From: Octopus vulgaris
Lineage: Eukaryota
Reading direction: 5' to 3'
Length of the DNA: 64,000 nucleotides
NCBI GenBank assembly: GCA_951406725.2
Contig: OX597822.1
Location: 99,076,001-99,140,000, forward strand
Part shown: positions 36,001 to 49,139 of the stretch, piece after piece
How positions within the stretch are numbered: the first letter of the stretch is position 1
How the letters are laid out: each line of letters opens with the position of its first letter
Notes under the pieces: generated by a model
What the model was told of the DNA's origin: nothing
Databases searched by the model: none
What the model saw: the letters and a program-made list of their open reading frames with translations, nothing else
Position numbers and translations under genes: made by a program

Positions 36001-37047
36001 AAGGTCATGGAGCTCTAAAATGTGAGAGTTAAGGCCCCTGTTTGGGGTGGGCATCTTAATGTCAACCAGAGAAATTGAATTGTTGAGAATCTTTTTAACT
36101 TGGGTCTTATATCTATTGTTTGAATTTCTTTGAAATAGGAAATATATGTTCACTGCGTTTGTAAAAGAGAGCAAAGCTACAGGAAACCAAAAGACGAATG
36201 ATTACTATAAGCAGTCCCTACCCTAGTCGTTACCACTCCCAATGTAGGATTCCTGACCATCCAGGTGATAAGCACAGCCGTAAGATGCATTATGAATCTA
36301 TAGCAATCGGAAGGACGTGACTCAACTGAAATAAACATTAACAACTGTGTGATGTGAGGGCTAAGGAGAAATGAAAGTTGGAGTTTGCGAATGACCACTA
36401 TACTGATATGTAAATGGACAGAATAAATTTACAATCTGTAAATGTCTTTGAATAACCAGTCACTCATCTGGGAAGGCCTTGAAATCAATGTTACCATGTG
36501 GGGACTATGTGTGACCCAGTGATAATAAAAAGACTAAAAGGAGGTCTGCAATCAAATAACTTTACTCAACACTTTGCAACTGAATCAGTGGAGGCAAAGA
36601 TGCTTCTCATTTACTTGATGATTTATGCAGCACATTGCAGAAATCACAATGTAAGTCTATGTCAAAGTAAACTCTTACACTGTTGTACCATTGAATTGGA
36701 AATAATGCTCAACTTCTATGCTCGGGTAACCCTACAGCTTCCAAGAGCACAACTGTAATCGTTTTTGCTTTGATAAAATGACAAAATTGTGGGTGTTAAG
36801 TCCCCATGGAGAGGTGTTTATAACTTGTTAGAAGATGAAATTTTATAAATATTACTTCGTTTGTGTCTAATATCTATGGTTAAAATTTCCTCAACACCAA
36901 AGATATATGAATTGTCATGGGGGTTATGGCCCTTATGCATAGAATATAATTTCCAAATTTCATAAAGATCCATTCAGTACTTTTGACCAAGTTTTGGATC
37001 ATAAAAGAAATTACTAAAATTTGGGAGTTAAGGCTCCCATTAGGGTG

Positions 37048-37158
<111 letters not shown>

Positions 37159-37449
37159 AAGATAGATATATACACACACATGCAAAGATAAATTGATAGA
37201 TACAACTGATTGGGTAAACAAAAATATGAGACACAGCCTAGTGCTTTTTTTATGTTGATAACCCTGGTACTTATTCTATTAGTTTGTTCTTGTGAAACCA
37301 GTAAGTTAAGTGGATGTAAATAAATGAACAGCAGTTGTGAAGCAGTGATGAGGGCGAATCACAGAGACAAAGACACACACATACACTTACATATGTACAT
37401 ATATATACGATTGATTTGTTTCAGTTCCTGTCTACGAAATCCATATATA

Positions 37450-38275
37450 TTGTTGTTGGCATCCTTTTTGTCTCGGGAGACAATGGATTTGCCCATAAAA
37501 TAATCTAGTCTGGCTTTTACATTTCATGTCCTAATACATCTCCTGCTGCGGCTGTGTAGTCCTATCCTGGACAAACACTCTCTCTGGCAGGTGCCGCAAA
37601 TGTAGCGAAGATTTTGCCTGGCTGGCTGTAATGTCAAACTTTCTTGTTGACATCTTTTCTTGTCTTTCCATTTCTCCTCTTTCTCTATGTCACTCCTTTG
37701 TGTTCCCTCTTTTACGGTACGTCGCCAATCTCCACGGTTGCTGGCAACTGCTTCCCAGTTGGTAATATTGATGTTGCAGGCATTCATGTCCCTTTTGCAA
37801 ACATCCTTGTATCGTAAGAATGGTCTTCCCAGAGACCTAGTGCCCCTAGCAAGCTCCCCGTAGAGTATGGTCTTGGGGATTCTGCCATCTTCCATGCGGC
37901 TAACATGTCCAAGCCATCTCATACGTCTTTGTGTGAGGAGTGCAAACATGCGTGGTATTCCTGCTTGCCTGAGGACATCTTTGTTGGGGATATGGTTCTG
38001 CCATTTGATGCGAATGATTTTCCGGAGGCAGCGCAGGTGAAAGATATTTAGGCAACGCTCTTGGCGTGTGTATGGCGTCCAAGTCTCACTTCCATACAGT
38101 AGAGTGCTAAGTACACATGCCTGGTAAATCTTCATTTTTGTGGTCTTGGTCAGCTTATTGTTGTCCCATGCCCGTTTGGATAGTTGGGCCATCACAGCAG
38201 CTGCTTGCCAATGCGTGTATTGAGCTCAGCATCAAGGGATAGATTGTAGGTGAGCTAAGATAAGTAACTTCTCCA
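37450..38275 (-). mobile_element. RTE-clade LINE family 2 (BovB-like) 3' fragment, ORF 37524-38195
   Basis: TKMKIYQACVLSTLLYGSETW, HLRCLRKI, RMRWLGHVSRMEDGRIPK.ILYGEL, RYKDVCKRDM, C-terminal CxxC...SRIGL; short UTR with (CAA)n tail. Confidence 0.9.
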
Positions 38276-38740
38276 CCTCCTGTAATCTGTGGTCCCCAAT
38301 ATGTATGTTTGGGATGTCCGATATAAAGAATCTTGCAAACCAAATCCCAAAACAAAATATAAATGCAATCTTATTACCAGTTCAAATATGCCAATAGCGC
38401 ATTTGTTCTGGTAAACAAGCCATTCTCTACAACACCACCATTTGGTTTCTGTACCCGAGAGGAGATAACCACTCCCAAAATGTCTGAATCTCACAGGTTA
38501 ATAGGTCGCTCTGTGAGCTGATTTATTTGTATTTATGCCATTTGTCTTCAGTGAGAAATTATTTCTATGAAAAGACACAGTGAATGACTGGCTTACAGGT
38601 TCGAATGTGCAACAGGCATATTTGAACAGGTAATAACATTGCAATTAACAAATGGTGGTGCCTCTCTCTCTTTCTCCCCTTCTTTCTCATTCTCTCTCAA
38701 CCTTTCTATCTGTATGTGTATATTTTAGCACATGCATGTA

Positions 38741-38790
<50 letters not shown>

Positions 38791-39569
38791 TGTGTGTTGT
38801 GTTTGCTTCCAGTGCCAAACAGCGTTGTCACCAAAACAGGCTTAATGTCCTGTCAGCCATGCCAAATTATCAGCATGCAAACAGCTGCACCCAAATGTCA
38901 TATTCCTCAGGCAAACACCAATATCTGGCCCACAGGTGTAACATACTCTCTCTTCATCTTTTCTAGCACTACTACAATGGTCTTGATTTTATGTGTTGGC
39001 TTGTGTTGTATCTTCACCACTCAAGCATCACCAACCGACCTATCTTCCTATCTCTTATCATCTTGGTTTTAGCCATCCTCAAAGGGACCATACTCATCCC
39101 TACATCCATCCTTTCGTCCCCAGAATATTGTCTTCTGGAATGATTTTCCTATTCCTTTGTATCCTGCAAGTGTTGATTTGCAACAGTCTAAAATAAGCAT
39201 TAACAACATCAGGCCCTTTCCTCTAGATTCAACAATTACACACACATACATAAACACATTTGTAGTTTAATTTTAAAGTTAGTGTTTAATCCTGTCTATA
39301 TTTAGATTGAATACTGTTGTGCATGAGATAAATGTGTTTGAAAGTTGTGGTTTTTATGGTATGTCTGTTCCAAAACAACACTTCTTTTAGTACTGTTGAT
39401 ACCGCTGCATTGAATGGTACTACACAGATGTCGAAACCATAATGATATCCATGAGGCAGCTGATGATGGGGGGTATGTTGGATTGTTGGTATGACTGTTT
39501 TTTGTAAATGTGGAATAGTGGTATAACACATCCTTTTGATATGTGTGTATGTGCATGTGAATACGCATA

Positions 39570-39777
39570 TATGTGCTGGTGCCATGTAAAAAGCACCCAG
39601 TACACTCTGTAAAGTGGTTGGCATTAAGAAGGGCATCCAGCTATAGAAACCAAACCAAAACAGACTATGGAACCTGGTGTGGTCCTTGGCCTTGCCAGTT
39701 CCTGTTAAGCTGTCCAACCCATACCAGCAAGGAAGACAGACATTAGATGTTGATGATGATGATGACAATGATGATGT
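39570..39777 (+). mobile_element. RTE family 1 3'-UTR fragment
   Basis: gtaaaaagcacccagtacactctg...ggcatccagctatagaaac...gatgatgat. Confidence 0.8.
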
Positions 39778-39814
39778 GTATATGTATGCACACACACATA
39801 TATATGCATGTATG

Positions 39815-39864
<50 letters not shown>

Positions 39865-40271
39865 TATGTTTCTCTTTCCTGTAATTTATGGAATGCTTTT
39901 GTCTATCATTTTTCTTTTTTTTTTTTTCATATCATCTCTCAGATTTCTATTGTGGTATACAGAAGCAGAAGTCTTTAAAATTTAATATACAGGAAAGGTA
40001 AAAGAAAAACGTTTAGGTACAGGTTATAATAGAGTGCTATGTAAGAGAGAAAAATTTACTAATGGAGCATAACATTCCTTTCGTTTGGTAATGGAAATTG
40101 CTGTTAAAATTTAAATGTATAGAAATATTCACATACTCATACACACACATACACACACACATGTATATAATATATATATATATTATATATGCATGTAATG
40201 TATATATCATATACATATATATATTTACATACACATATATATGATATACATATATACATACATATATATAC

Positions 40272-40317
<46 letters not shown>

Positions 40318-40724
40318 CATGTATATACCAGCATGGAAGGTGGACGTTAAATGATGATGATGATGATATATATATGCATATACATATATATATCAATATA
40401 CAAATATATGTATATGTATACATATGTATGTATACCAATATATGTACGTACACACGCATATACACATACACACATTTACACACATGTGCACTCGTAAAAA
40501 TTCAAATGTGTGTGTGTGTGTGTGTGTGTGTGCGTACATGCATTTTTTTTCCCCAGAAAACCATAGAAATTGCCCCATTGCCTGAAACAGTGCAATGAAA
40601 TGAAGCCAGACATACTCATGGTGAGTGACACTTTATGTTTCATCAGTCTTATATGTAGGCGCTGTTACACACACACACACATTTGGAAAATCACACATAT
40701 ATGCATGCATGTACATTTATATCA

Positions 40725-40789
<65 letters not shown>

Positions 40790-40791
40790 CA

Positions 40792-40853
<62 letters not shown>

Positions 40854-40869
40854 TATATATGTATATATA

Positions 40870-40991
40870 TGTATGTGTGTGTATGCATCTATATTTATCT
40901 CTCTCTCTCTCTCTCTCTGTATATATATATATATATATATATATCATCATCATCATCATTTAGCATCCGTTTTCCATGCTAGCATGGGTTG

Positions 40992-41050
<59 letters not shown>

Positions 41051-41055
41051 TATAG

Positions 41056-41086
<31 letters not shown>

Positions 41087-41259
41087 CATATATATATGCA
41101 TGTATACATTAGTATCTGATACACACACATTAATGTTTGATTTTCAGTAAAGCTTTTTATAAAAGCAATCAAACATTAAACTGAAGGCGTCCTTAATACT
41201 TTTCTGTAATATGTATGTGTGTGTATGCATCTATATTTATCTCTCTCTCTCTCTCTCTC

Positions 41260-41290
<31 letters not shown>

Positions 41291-41337
41291 CATCATCATC
41301 ATCATTTAGCATCCGTTTTCCATGCTAGCATGGGTTG

Positions 41338-41430
<93 letters not shown>

Positions 41431-41550
41431 CATATATATATGCATGTATACATTAGTATCTGATACACACACATTAATGTTTGATTTTCAGTAAAGCTTT
41501 TTATAAAAGCAATCAAACATTAAACTGAAGGCGTCCTTAATACTTTTCTG
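40870..41550 (+). repeat. Near-perfect tandem duplication of a ~340-bp composite unit
   Basis: 40870-41207 and 41212-41550 differ essentially only in microsatellite lengths. Confidence 0.9.
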
Positions 41551-42046
41551 CAGAGTAGCATATTTATTTATTTATATATTTTTCATATATTTATTTATTT
41601 ATTTATCTACAAGGAAAAACTTGGCAGTGACTTGAAGTTATCAGCTTACACAACAATGGCTGTTAAGTTCAATAGCCTTTGAACTCATAGGTGTTTAACC
41701 ACTTGTTCTATTGTTGGGGACTTAGGCCATTTTCTTTTTTCAAGATATGCAACTATATCTACCGAGATCAGATGGAACAAGTTCACCTTGTGAATGTTTT
41801 TGCTGGCGCAGTCTTACTACTAATTCAGAGATATAGGTATTTCCCTGAACTTGACTGATCATTAGAATTGTGTGGATCACCATCTGAAGAAAGGCTGTAT
41901 ATTGTGCATCACTCAGTGAACGGTACTGCCTCAACGCATCCTCTGTGCCTATATGCATACATACATATATACATACATACATACATATATACATATATAC
42001 ATACATTTTTTTCTCCTTTTTGTCTCTCCTTGTTTTTTCTGTGTCC

Positions 42047-42082
42047 CTTTCTGTAGAAGAGTGTAGGCTCGAAACGTAAAAG
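42047..42082 (+). ncRNA. Minimal hammerhead-like motif with variant core, in a ~170-bp mini-element (42005-42174)
   Basis: cttt-CTGTAGA-a-gagt-gtag-gctc-GAAA-cg-TA-aaag: stems I and II pair, core has U in place of A6. Confidence 0.6.
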
Positions 42083-42174
42083 ACTTTTTCAATTCCTAAG
42101 CGTTATACTAATACATCTGTTTGTTTTGTACACCACCTGTCTTCGTCTTTTGTTTTTTCGTAAACTCTCCCTAT

Positions 42175-42502
42175 TAAAAAGACTCCGCCGGTTACGACGA
42201 CGAGGGTCCCAGCTGATACGATCAACGGAACAGCTTGCTCGTGAAATTAACGTGCAAATGGCTGAGCATTCCACAGACACGTGTACCCTTAACGTAGTTC
42301 TCAGGGATAATCAGCGTGACACAGAGAGTGACAAGGCTGACCCTTTGAAATACAAGTACAACTTATTTTTGCCAGCTGAGTGGACTGGAGCAACGTGAAA
42401 TAAAGTGTCTTGCTCAAGGACACAACGCGTCGCCGGGAATCGAACTCACAACCCTACGATCATGAGCCGAATGCCCTAACCACTAAGCCACGCGCCCTCA
42501 CT
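42175..42502 (-). mobile_element. tRNA-derived SINE family D with 15-bp TSD
   Basis: Minus head ggcgcgtggcttagtggttagggc...gagttcgattcccgg, then gtgtccttgagcaagacacttt; TSD gtaaactctccctat 42160-42174/42503-42517. Confidence 0.9.
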
Positions 42503-42796
42503 GTAAACTCTCCCTATACATACATACATATATACATACATACACACACACACACATCTTCCATCTTTTATCTTTTACTTGTTTCAATAATTAGACCTCG
42601 GGGAATTTTATTTGAACTAATCAACCCCAGGACTTATTTTCTTTTTAAGCCTGGTATTTATTCTATTGGTCACTTTTGCTGAGCCACTAAGTTACAGGCA
42701 ATGTAAACACATAAACACTGGTTGTCAAGCAGTAGTGGAGGACAATCTCAGACACAAAGACCCCACACACACACACACACACAGCCCCTCCCCCCA

Positions 42797-43010
42797 TGCA
42801 ATAATTCCTTGATTATTATGGGTGTTAAGTTACACAACCCCTCGATAGGTGAAAATCCGTGAAGTAGAAACAGTATTGTACTGTATATTTTTTTAATTAT
42901 TTTTAGAATTTGCATATACTTATTTTATTATAAACACCATGGAGGAATCGGCTAAAGCTCGAATAATAAACTGCAATAGGTGAACTGTGATATAGTGAGG
43001 GATTACTGTA
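42797..43010. mobile_element. Tigger/pogo-like MITE
   Basis: Right end reads TA|CAGTAATCCCTCACTATATCAC on minus; left end degenerate (caataattccttgattatt). Confidence 0.6.
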
Positions 43011-43039
43011 CATACACACACACATAGATACATATATAC

Positions 43040-43106
<67 letters not shown>

Positions 43107-43134
43107 ATAAGTGTAGGTGGTATATGAGTGGGTA

Positions 43135-43415
43135 TATATTTATAAAAAAGAAGTTTGAAAACGCCACTATATAAGATAAATTTTAATTTTCTTAGAAATT
43201 GTACAGGTTTCAGTTCTTCTTGAAAAAACAAACCTTATTAAAAAATTGTTTCTTACTAATAAGAAACAATTATGAACTTTTTTATTACACTTCACTTTAA
43301 AAAATATTTTTGGTAAGGTTCGTTTTTTCAAGAAGAACCGAAACATGTAAAATTTCTAAGAAAATTAAAATTTATCTTATATAGTGGCGTTTTCAAACTT
43401 CGTTTTTATAAATAT
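43135..43415. repeat. Fold-back element with ~115-bp arms and a decayed hammerhead scaffold
   Basis: gaagtttgaaaacgccactatataagataaatttt versus aaaatttatcttatatagtggcgttttcaaacttc; right arm attt-ttggtaa-ggttc..gaacc-GAAA-catg-TA-aaat. Confidence 0.85.
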
Positions 43416-43508
43416 ATATATATCTATATATATAGATATATATATATATAGATAGATAGATAGATAGTAGAATAAGAAATAGAAAATCCTTGGTACAGTA
43501 TTACATAG

Positions 43509-43648
43509 TTGAAGAAAATGAATAGAAATGGCTTTTCTGATAAATTTTCGACTTTAATAATTATTAATAATTAGATGTTTGTAAGTTTAATCTAATTATT
43601 AAAGTGGAATAGTCATCAGAAATGCCATTTCTATTAATTTTTTCAAAC
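43509..43648. repeat. Imperfect fold-back element
   Basis: aatagaaatggcttttctgata versus catcagaaatgccatttctatt. Confidence 0.75.
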
Positions 43649-43674
43649 ATATATATATATACATACATATATAC

Positions 43675-43830
43675 AATGGGCTTCTTTCAGTTTCCGCCTA
43701 CCAAACCCACTCACAAGGCTTTGATCAGCCTGAGGCTAAAGTAGAAAATACTTGCCCAAGGTGCCATGCAGTGGAACTGAACCTGGAACGGGTTGGGAAG
43801 CAAACTTGTTACCAAACAGCCACACCTGTG

Positions 43831-43832
<2 letters not shown>
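43675..43832 (-). mobile_element. SINE B 5' half
   Basis: gggcttctttcagtttccgcctacc...cagccacacctgtgcct. Confidence 0.8.
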
Positions 43833-43869
<37 letters not shown>

Positions 43870-44182
43870 TCATCATCATCGTCATCGTCATCATCATCAT
43901 CATCATCACCATTTATGTATATATCTTTTATTTGTTTCAGATATTAGACTGTAGCCATGCTGGAGCACCATCTGAAAGTGTTTAGTCAACCCCAGTATTT
44001 ATTCTTCTTTTGAAGTCTGGTGCTTATTTTACTTGCCCCTTTTGTTGAACTTCTAAGTTACAGTGATGTAAACAAACTAACATCAGTTGTCGAGTTGTTG
44101 AGGTGGGGGGGGGCAAACAAACGATAACACATAAACACTCACACACACATACACACATAATTAGTTATTTTCAGGATCCAGT

Positions 44183-45249
44183 TGTTTCAAGGTATTTTAA
44201 TAAATAAGTGTTTGTAGCGGTATCGGACATCCTCACTGTTTGAGAGACACGGCAGGAATGATCTCGTTTGAGATTACAGCCATCTTTGGCCGAGTTGTTC
44301 CTGTTGTGACCACTGACCTGATTGGTTGACATGTGGCGCGATTTGTCTCTACTTATTTCGCGCCACTGTCCAAAGCCAACCAATCACGGCCTGTGGTTAA
44401 GGTCCCTTTTCCTAGGCTCTGTTGAGCCACCTTTCTTGTATATAAAGGATTGTTCTCAGTATACTTGGTCTTTGACTCCAGACCTCCTAAGGTCTAGTCA
44501 CTGACCACAGAGCTACTCAACATGTTCCAGCGACAGATGATTGCTCCTGCTACAACCAGCGACGACGCTAACATACACCAGCACCGCAGAATGCCTTCTA
44601 TCTCCACCACCGTCGTCACCATCATTGTACGAACTTCAAGTCGTCTCTACCATCGTCCACTTTAGATATGTACACACCAACTTCGCAGACCCACGCTGTT
44701 AGAGTGAATCCCTTTACCAAGTAAAAACAGTCCATCTGAAGAATTCTATATTAAGAGAACCAGCTCGGCAATTGAGGCCACAACCACAGCTCGACAATAT
44801 TTGCCCAACCGGTCTCTGCCCGAGACACATCTTGATAGAGAACTCTTACATATTGTGTACCTTATGAACTGTAAACCAATCTCCATCATTAACTCTATGC
44901 TCTGTACTTTCTGTGTCACACTCATTCACCCTCATTTGTATTTGTCACACACACGAACACACAGACACTAAACACTTGTCGCATGCACACATACACAACA
45001 CTTGCTAGCACTCACAACCCTCTAACCTTAACACCATTGTAAATAAAATCTTATCTTCTCTCAAACAGTGGAACGGCTCGTCGTCTTTCATCTATATTCT
45101 GTTGGCACTGCATTGTATAAATTGTATTTATGGCTTATCTTATTTCGTTAGGGATGCGACCGTGTGACTTACCTATGTCGCCAACCTCCACATACGGTTG
45201 TATTTCCTACATGTTCATCAATAAAAATTATAAACCGTTTCCTGAAACA
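44183..45249 (+). mobile_element. Putative solo LTR (~1.07 kb)
   Basis: Ends TGTTTCAAGG...CCTGAAACA; TATATAAA at 44439; AATAAA at 45041 and 45219; CpG-richer than flanks; no TSD found. Confidence 0.5.
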
Positions 45250-46204
45250 GCTGTAGTGAACCTCAACTGATTTGTGCTCTTACTAACACTAATACACAAA
45301 CACACACATGCTCTCTCTCTCTCTCTCTCTCTCTTACACACACATGAGCTCTGTATTATATATTATATATACTTGTGAGTAATCATGTGTTTGCATTTTT
45401 AGAAGTATTTCTACTTACAGAATCACATAGCAGATAAATTCTATACTTGTTTTAGTAAATTTATATTTATTACTTCACTTTTATACAATTTTATAACATG
45501 CACACACGCACACACACACACACTGTATTAGCCAGGGTACTCTATATCTTGAAGCAAAATCATGAAGAAGAGGAGGGATGGTCATAGTTAATCACAAGTC
45601 TACTCAACTACAGCAATCTATGATATATATCTATAGACATCTATATCTATCTGTTTATTCTACCAATTTTTTTTCTATATCAATTTTTTACCCCCTCATT
45701 TGCATCTATTTCCAAAAGTATTCTGGAATAACGTCTAAAGAAAAAAAAAATCCAGCAACAGAGGTCCTCCTGGGACAAAAAGAACAGGATGACCCAAGGA
45801 AAGAGATGGTGAAAAATTGATAGTTATACTGGAGTGGTAAGGTCTCCTCTTCTCCCTCTGTCTTATACTAATTCTCTCTTCCTCCCTCACTGTCACACAA
45901 GGACATATACACACAACATATACACATGCATGTGCTTTCTCACTCATTTCTCTTAGACGAGACTGCACAAACAGTGTATATTGCAATACAGCACTTAAAT
46001 TTCTCATTTTAAAATCATATCTGCAAAGAATTAGTAAGTAGCTTCAAATATCATGAAAGACAGAACATGATATATCTTTTTAAATTGTTTTACATTCAAA
46101 TTTGCTCGTAAAAGAGATTCAAGCATGACACTATGAATCAGACTGTTAATTTTTATATATATGATTAATATATATATTGCATGTCACGCATGTATATATA
46201 TATA

Positions 46205-46694
46205 TCATCATCATCATCATCATCGTTTAGCGTCCGCTTTCCATGCTAGCATGGGTTGGACAGTCAACTGGGGTCTGTGAAGCTGGAAGGCTTCGTCAGG
46301 CCCAGTCAGATCTGGCAGTGTTTCTACGGCTGGATGCCCTTCCTAACGCCAACCACTCCGCGAGTGTAGTGGGTGTTTTTTACGTGCCACCTGCACAGGT
46401 GCCAGACAGAGCTGGCGAACGGCCACGAACGGATGGTGCTTTTACGTGTCACCGGCACGGGGCCAGGCGATGCTGGCAATGGCCACGAACGGATGGTGCT
46501 TTTACGTGCCACCGACACGGGGCCAGACAGAGCTGGCAACCGGCCATGAACGGACAGTGCTTTTACGTGTCACCGTATATATATATATCATCATCATCAT
46601 CATCGTTTAATGTCCGCTTTCCATGCTAGCATGGGTTGGACAGTTTGACTGTGGGCTGGCGAACCAGATGGCTGCACCAGGCTCCAGTCTTAAT

Positions 46695-46730
<36 letters not shown>

Positions 46731-46740
46731 GTCGTCGTCG

Positions 46741-46773
<33 letters not shown>

Positions 46774-46901
46774 CCATCATCATCCTCGTTTAACGTCTGC
46801 TTTCCATGCTGGCATGGGTTGGATGGTTTGACTGGGGACTGGCAAACCAGATGGCTGCACAAGGCTCCAATCTTAATATCATCATCATCATCATCATTAT
46901 C

Positions 46902-46932
<31 letters not shown>

Positions 46933-47343
46933 CCATCATCATCCTCATCATCATCCTTGTTTAATGTCTGCTTTCCATGCTGGCATGGGTTGGATGGTTT
47001 GACTGGGGACTGGCGAACCAGATGGCTGCACCAGGCTCCAATCTTGATCTGGCAGAGTTTCTACACCTGGATGCCCTTCCTAACGCCAACCACTCTGAGA
47101 GTGTAATGAGTACTTTTACGTGCCACCGGCACGAGAGCCAGTCAGGCAATACTGGTAATGGCCACGCTCAAATGGTGTTTTTATGTGTCACTTGCACAGG
47201 AGCCAGTCCAGCGGCACTGATAATGCCCTTGCTTGAATGGTGCTTTTTACATGCCACTGGCACAGGGGCCAGTCAGCGGCCCAGGCAACAATCATGCTCG
47301 GATGGTGCTCTTAGTGCCAGTCATGTGGTGCTGTCATCGAATT

Positions 47344-47377
<34 letters not shown>

Positions 47378-47941
47378 CACATTTTTTTCTCTCCTTGTTT
47401 TTCTCTGTGTCCCTTTCTGTAGAAGAGCATAGGCTCGAAACATAAAAGACTTTTTCTATTCCTGAGCGTTATACTAATACATCTGTTTGTTTTGTACACC
47501 ACCTGTCTTTGTCTTTTGTTTTTTTTGTTGAACCGTCCAACCCATGCTAGCATGGAAAGCGGACGTTAAATGATGATGATGATGATGATGATGATATATA
47601 TCACCATCATCATCATCATCCTTTAACGTCTGCTTTCCATGTTGGCATGGACTGGATGGTTTGACAGGCGCTGGCTTGGTTGAAAATTGCACTAGGTTTG
47701 TGTCTGTTTTGGCATGGTTTTTACAGTTGGATGCCCTTCCAAATGCCATCCACTCTAGTGTGGACTAGGTGCTTTTTACGTGATACACACACACACACAT
47801 GTAGTGTTGGTGTATCTCAGGCAACATGGTTATGGTATATTATAGAAAGAAGGATAACAGGTAACACTGTCAGTAGGAGAAGTTAGGTAGTTCAAGAAAA
47901 AGGACGAACCATTGTAACTGAATAAATCAAGGGAAGTTAAG

Positions 47942-47975
<34 letters not shown>

Positions 47976-48361
47976 CGTGAGTTCATAGCTGTTTCTTGCA
48001 CCAGCTTCACATAGCAGCCCAGCCCATCCAAAGTACCTTGGATCGCAGGATGGCCAGCTATGTTTACCTTGGATCGTAGGGCGACCTGCTGTGCTTGAGG
48101 AGACCTATTGAGTCAAGTACATCAACATCAAAATAAAAATCAAATGGAAATTGTAGTTGTGAAACCTGTGCTGATGGCACGTAAAAAGCATCCACTACAC
48201 TCACGGAGTGGTTGGCATTAGGAAGGGCATCCAGCTATAGAAACACTGCCAGATCAGACTGGAGCCTGGTGCAGCCTCCTGGCTTCCCAGACCCCGGTTG
48301 AACTGTCCAACCCGTGCTACCATGGAAAGCAGACGTTAAACAATGATGATGAGGATGAGGA

Positions 48362-48365
<4 letters not shown>
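46205..48365. mobile_element. Cluster of about seven RTE family 1 3'-end fragments in both orientations
   Basis: Minus copies start near 46205, 46590, 46700, 46880 and 47600; plus copies at 47528-47594 and ~48080-48365; all carry (CAT/GAT)n tails. Confidence 0.85.
47413..47448 (+). ncRNA. Second copy of the variant hammerhead-like motif (mini-element ~47378-47528)
   Basis: cttt-CTGTAGA-a-gagc-atag-gctc-GAAA-ca-TA-aaag. Confidence 0.55.
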
Positions 48366-48397
<32 letters not shown>

Positions 48398-48519
48398 ATT
48401 CAAGTAATCTGCTAGTACACATAAAAAAAGCTCCTTAATGTATCATTCTACAAAACATATAAAATATTTAGTACGATACAAAAAAAATACAAAAAAAAGA
48501 CAATAAGGAGTGTATAAAG

Positions 48520-48590
48520 TCATAAATGACAGAGAAATAGTTTTATTGTTAAATAAAATTTCATCAAATTATTTCACTGTCATTTATGAT
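48520..48590. repeat. Short imperfect inverted repeat
   Basis: tcataaatgacagagaaatagttt versus aaattatttcactgtcatttatga. Confidence 0.7.
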
Positions 48591-49089
48591 TTGTGAACAT
48601 CTAGATATCTCTGCAAATGGAAAATTTAAAATATTCCCATTTTACAAAATAAACAATAAAAATGTACGACTATGAAAGATAAGAGAAAAATACTTTATAA
48701 GAATTCTAAATTCAAAATTAAACTGAAAATAGCCAACACTCTATATAGTAAACAATGGTAAAAGAATACTTATGGCTAAAACCATAAGTCCGAAAATAAA
48801 CTGGAAATAATACTACCACTTCCACAAAAATAACAACTTTGTCTTTAAGAGCACGTGTGTTTGAAAAGGTTAAACAAAAGTGCTGACACACAAGTAAAAG
48901 ATTTCTTCCTTAAAGGGTTAGTAACATCCTCATAAAAGACTTCATAACATTTTTTCAAAAAATAACTTTTCAAAAAAAAAAATGACCATTACACTTCAAA
49001 AACTGTATTAAGTAATTCTCATAGATTTTCAAATACATACATACTTACATACATACATACATATGAGTGTGTATATGAGTGTATGTATA

Positions 49090-49139
<50 letters not shown>

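Noticed and set aside
39286-39795. 169-aa minus ORF as a host exon
   Set aside because: First half is RTE UTR and microsatellite; the remainder has no recognisable motif or convincing splice pair
42420-42502. tRNA gene
   Set aside because: tRNA-like head continues into a SINE body bounded by a TSD; the same applies to SINE B and C heads
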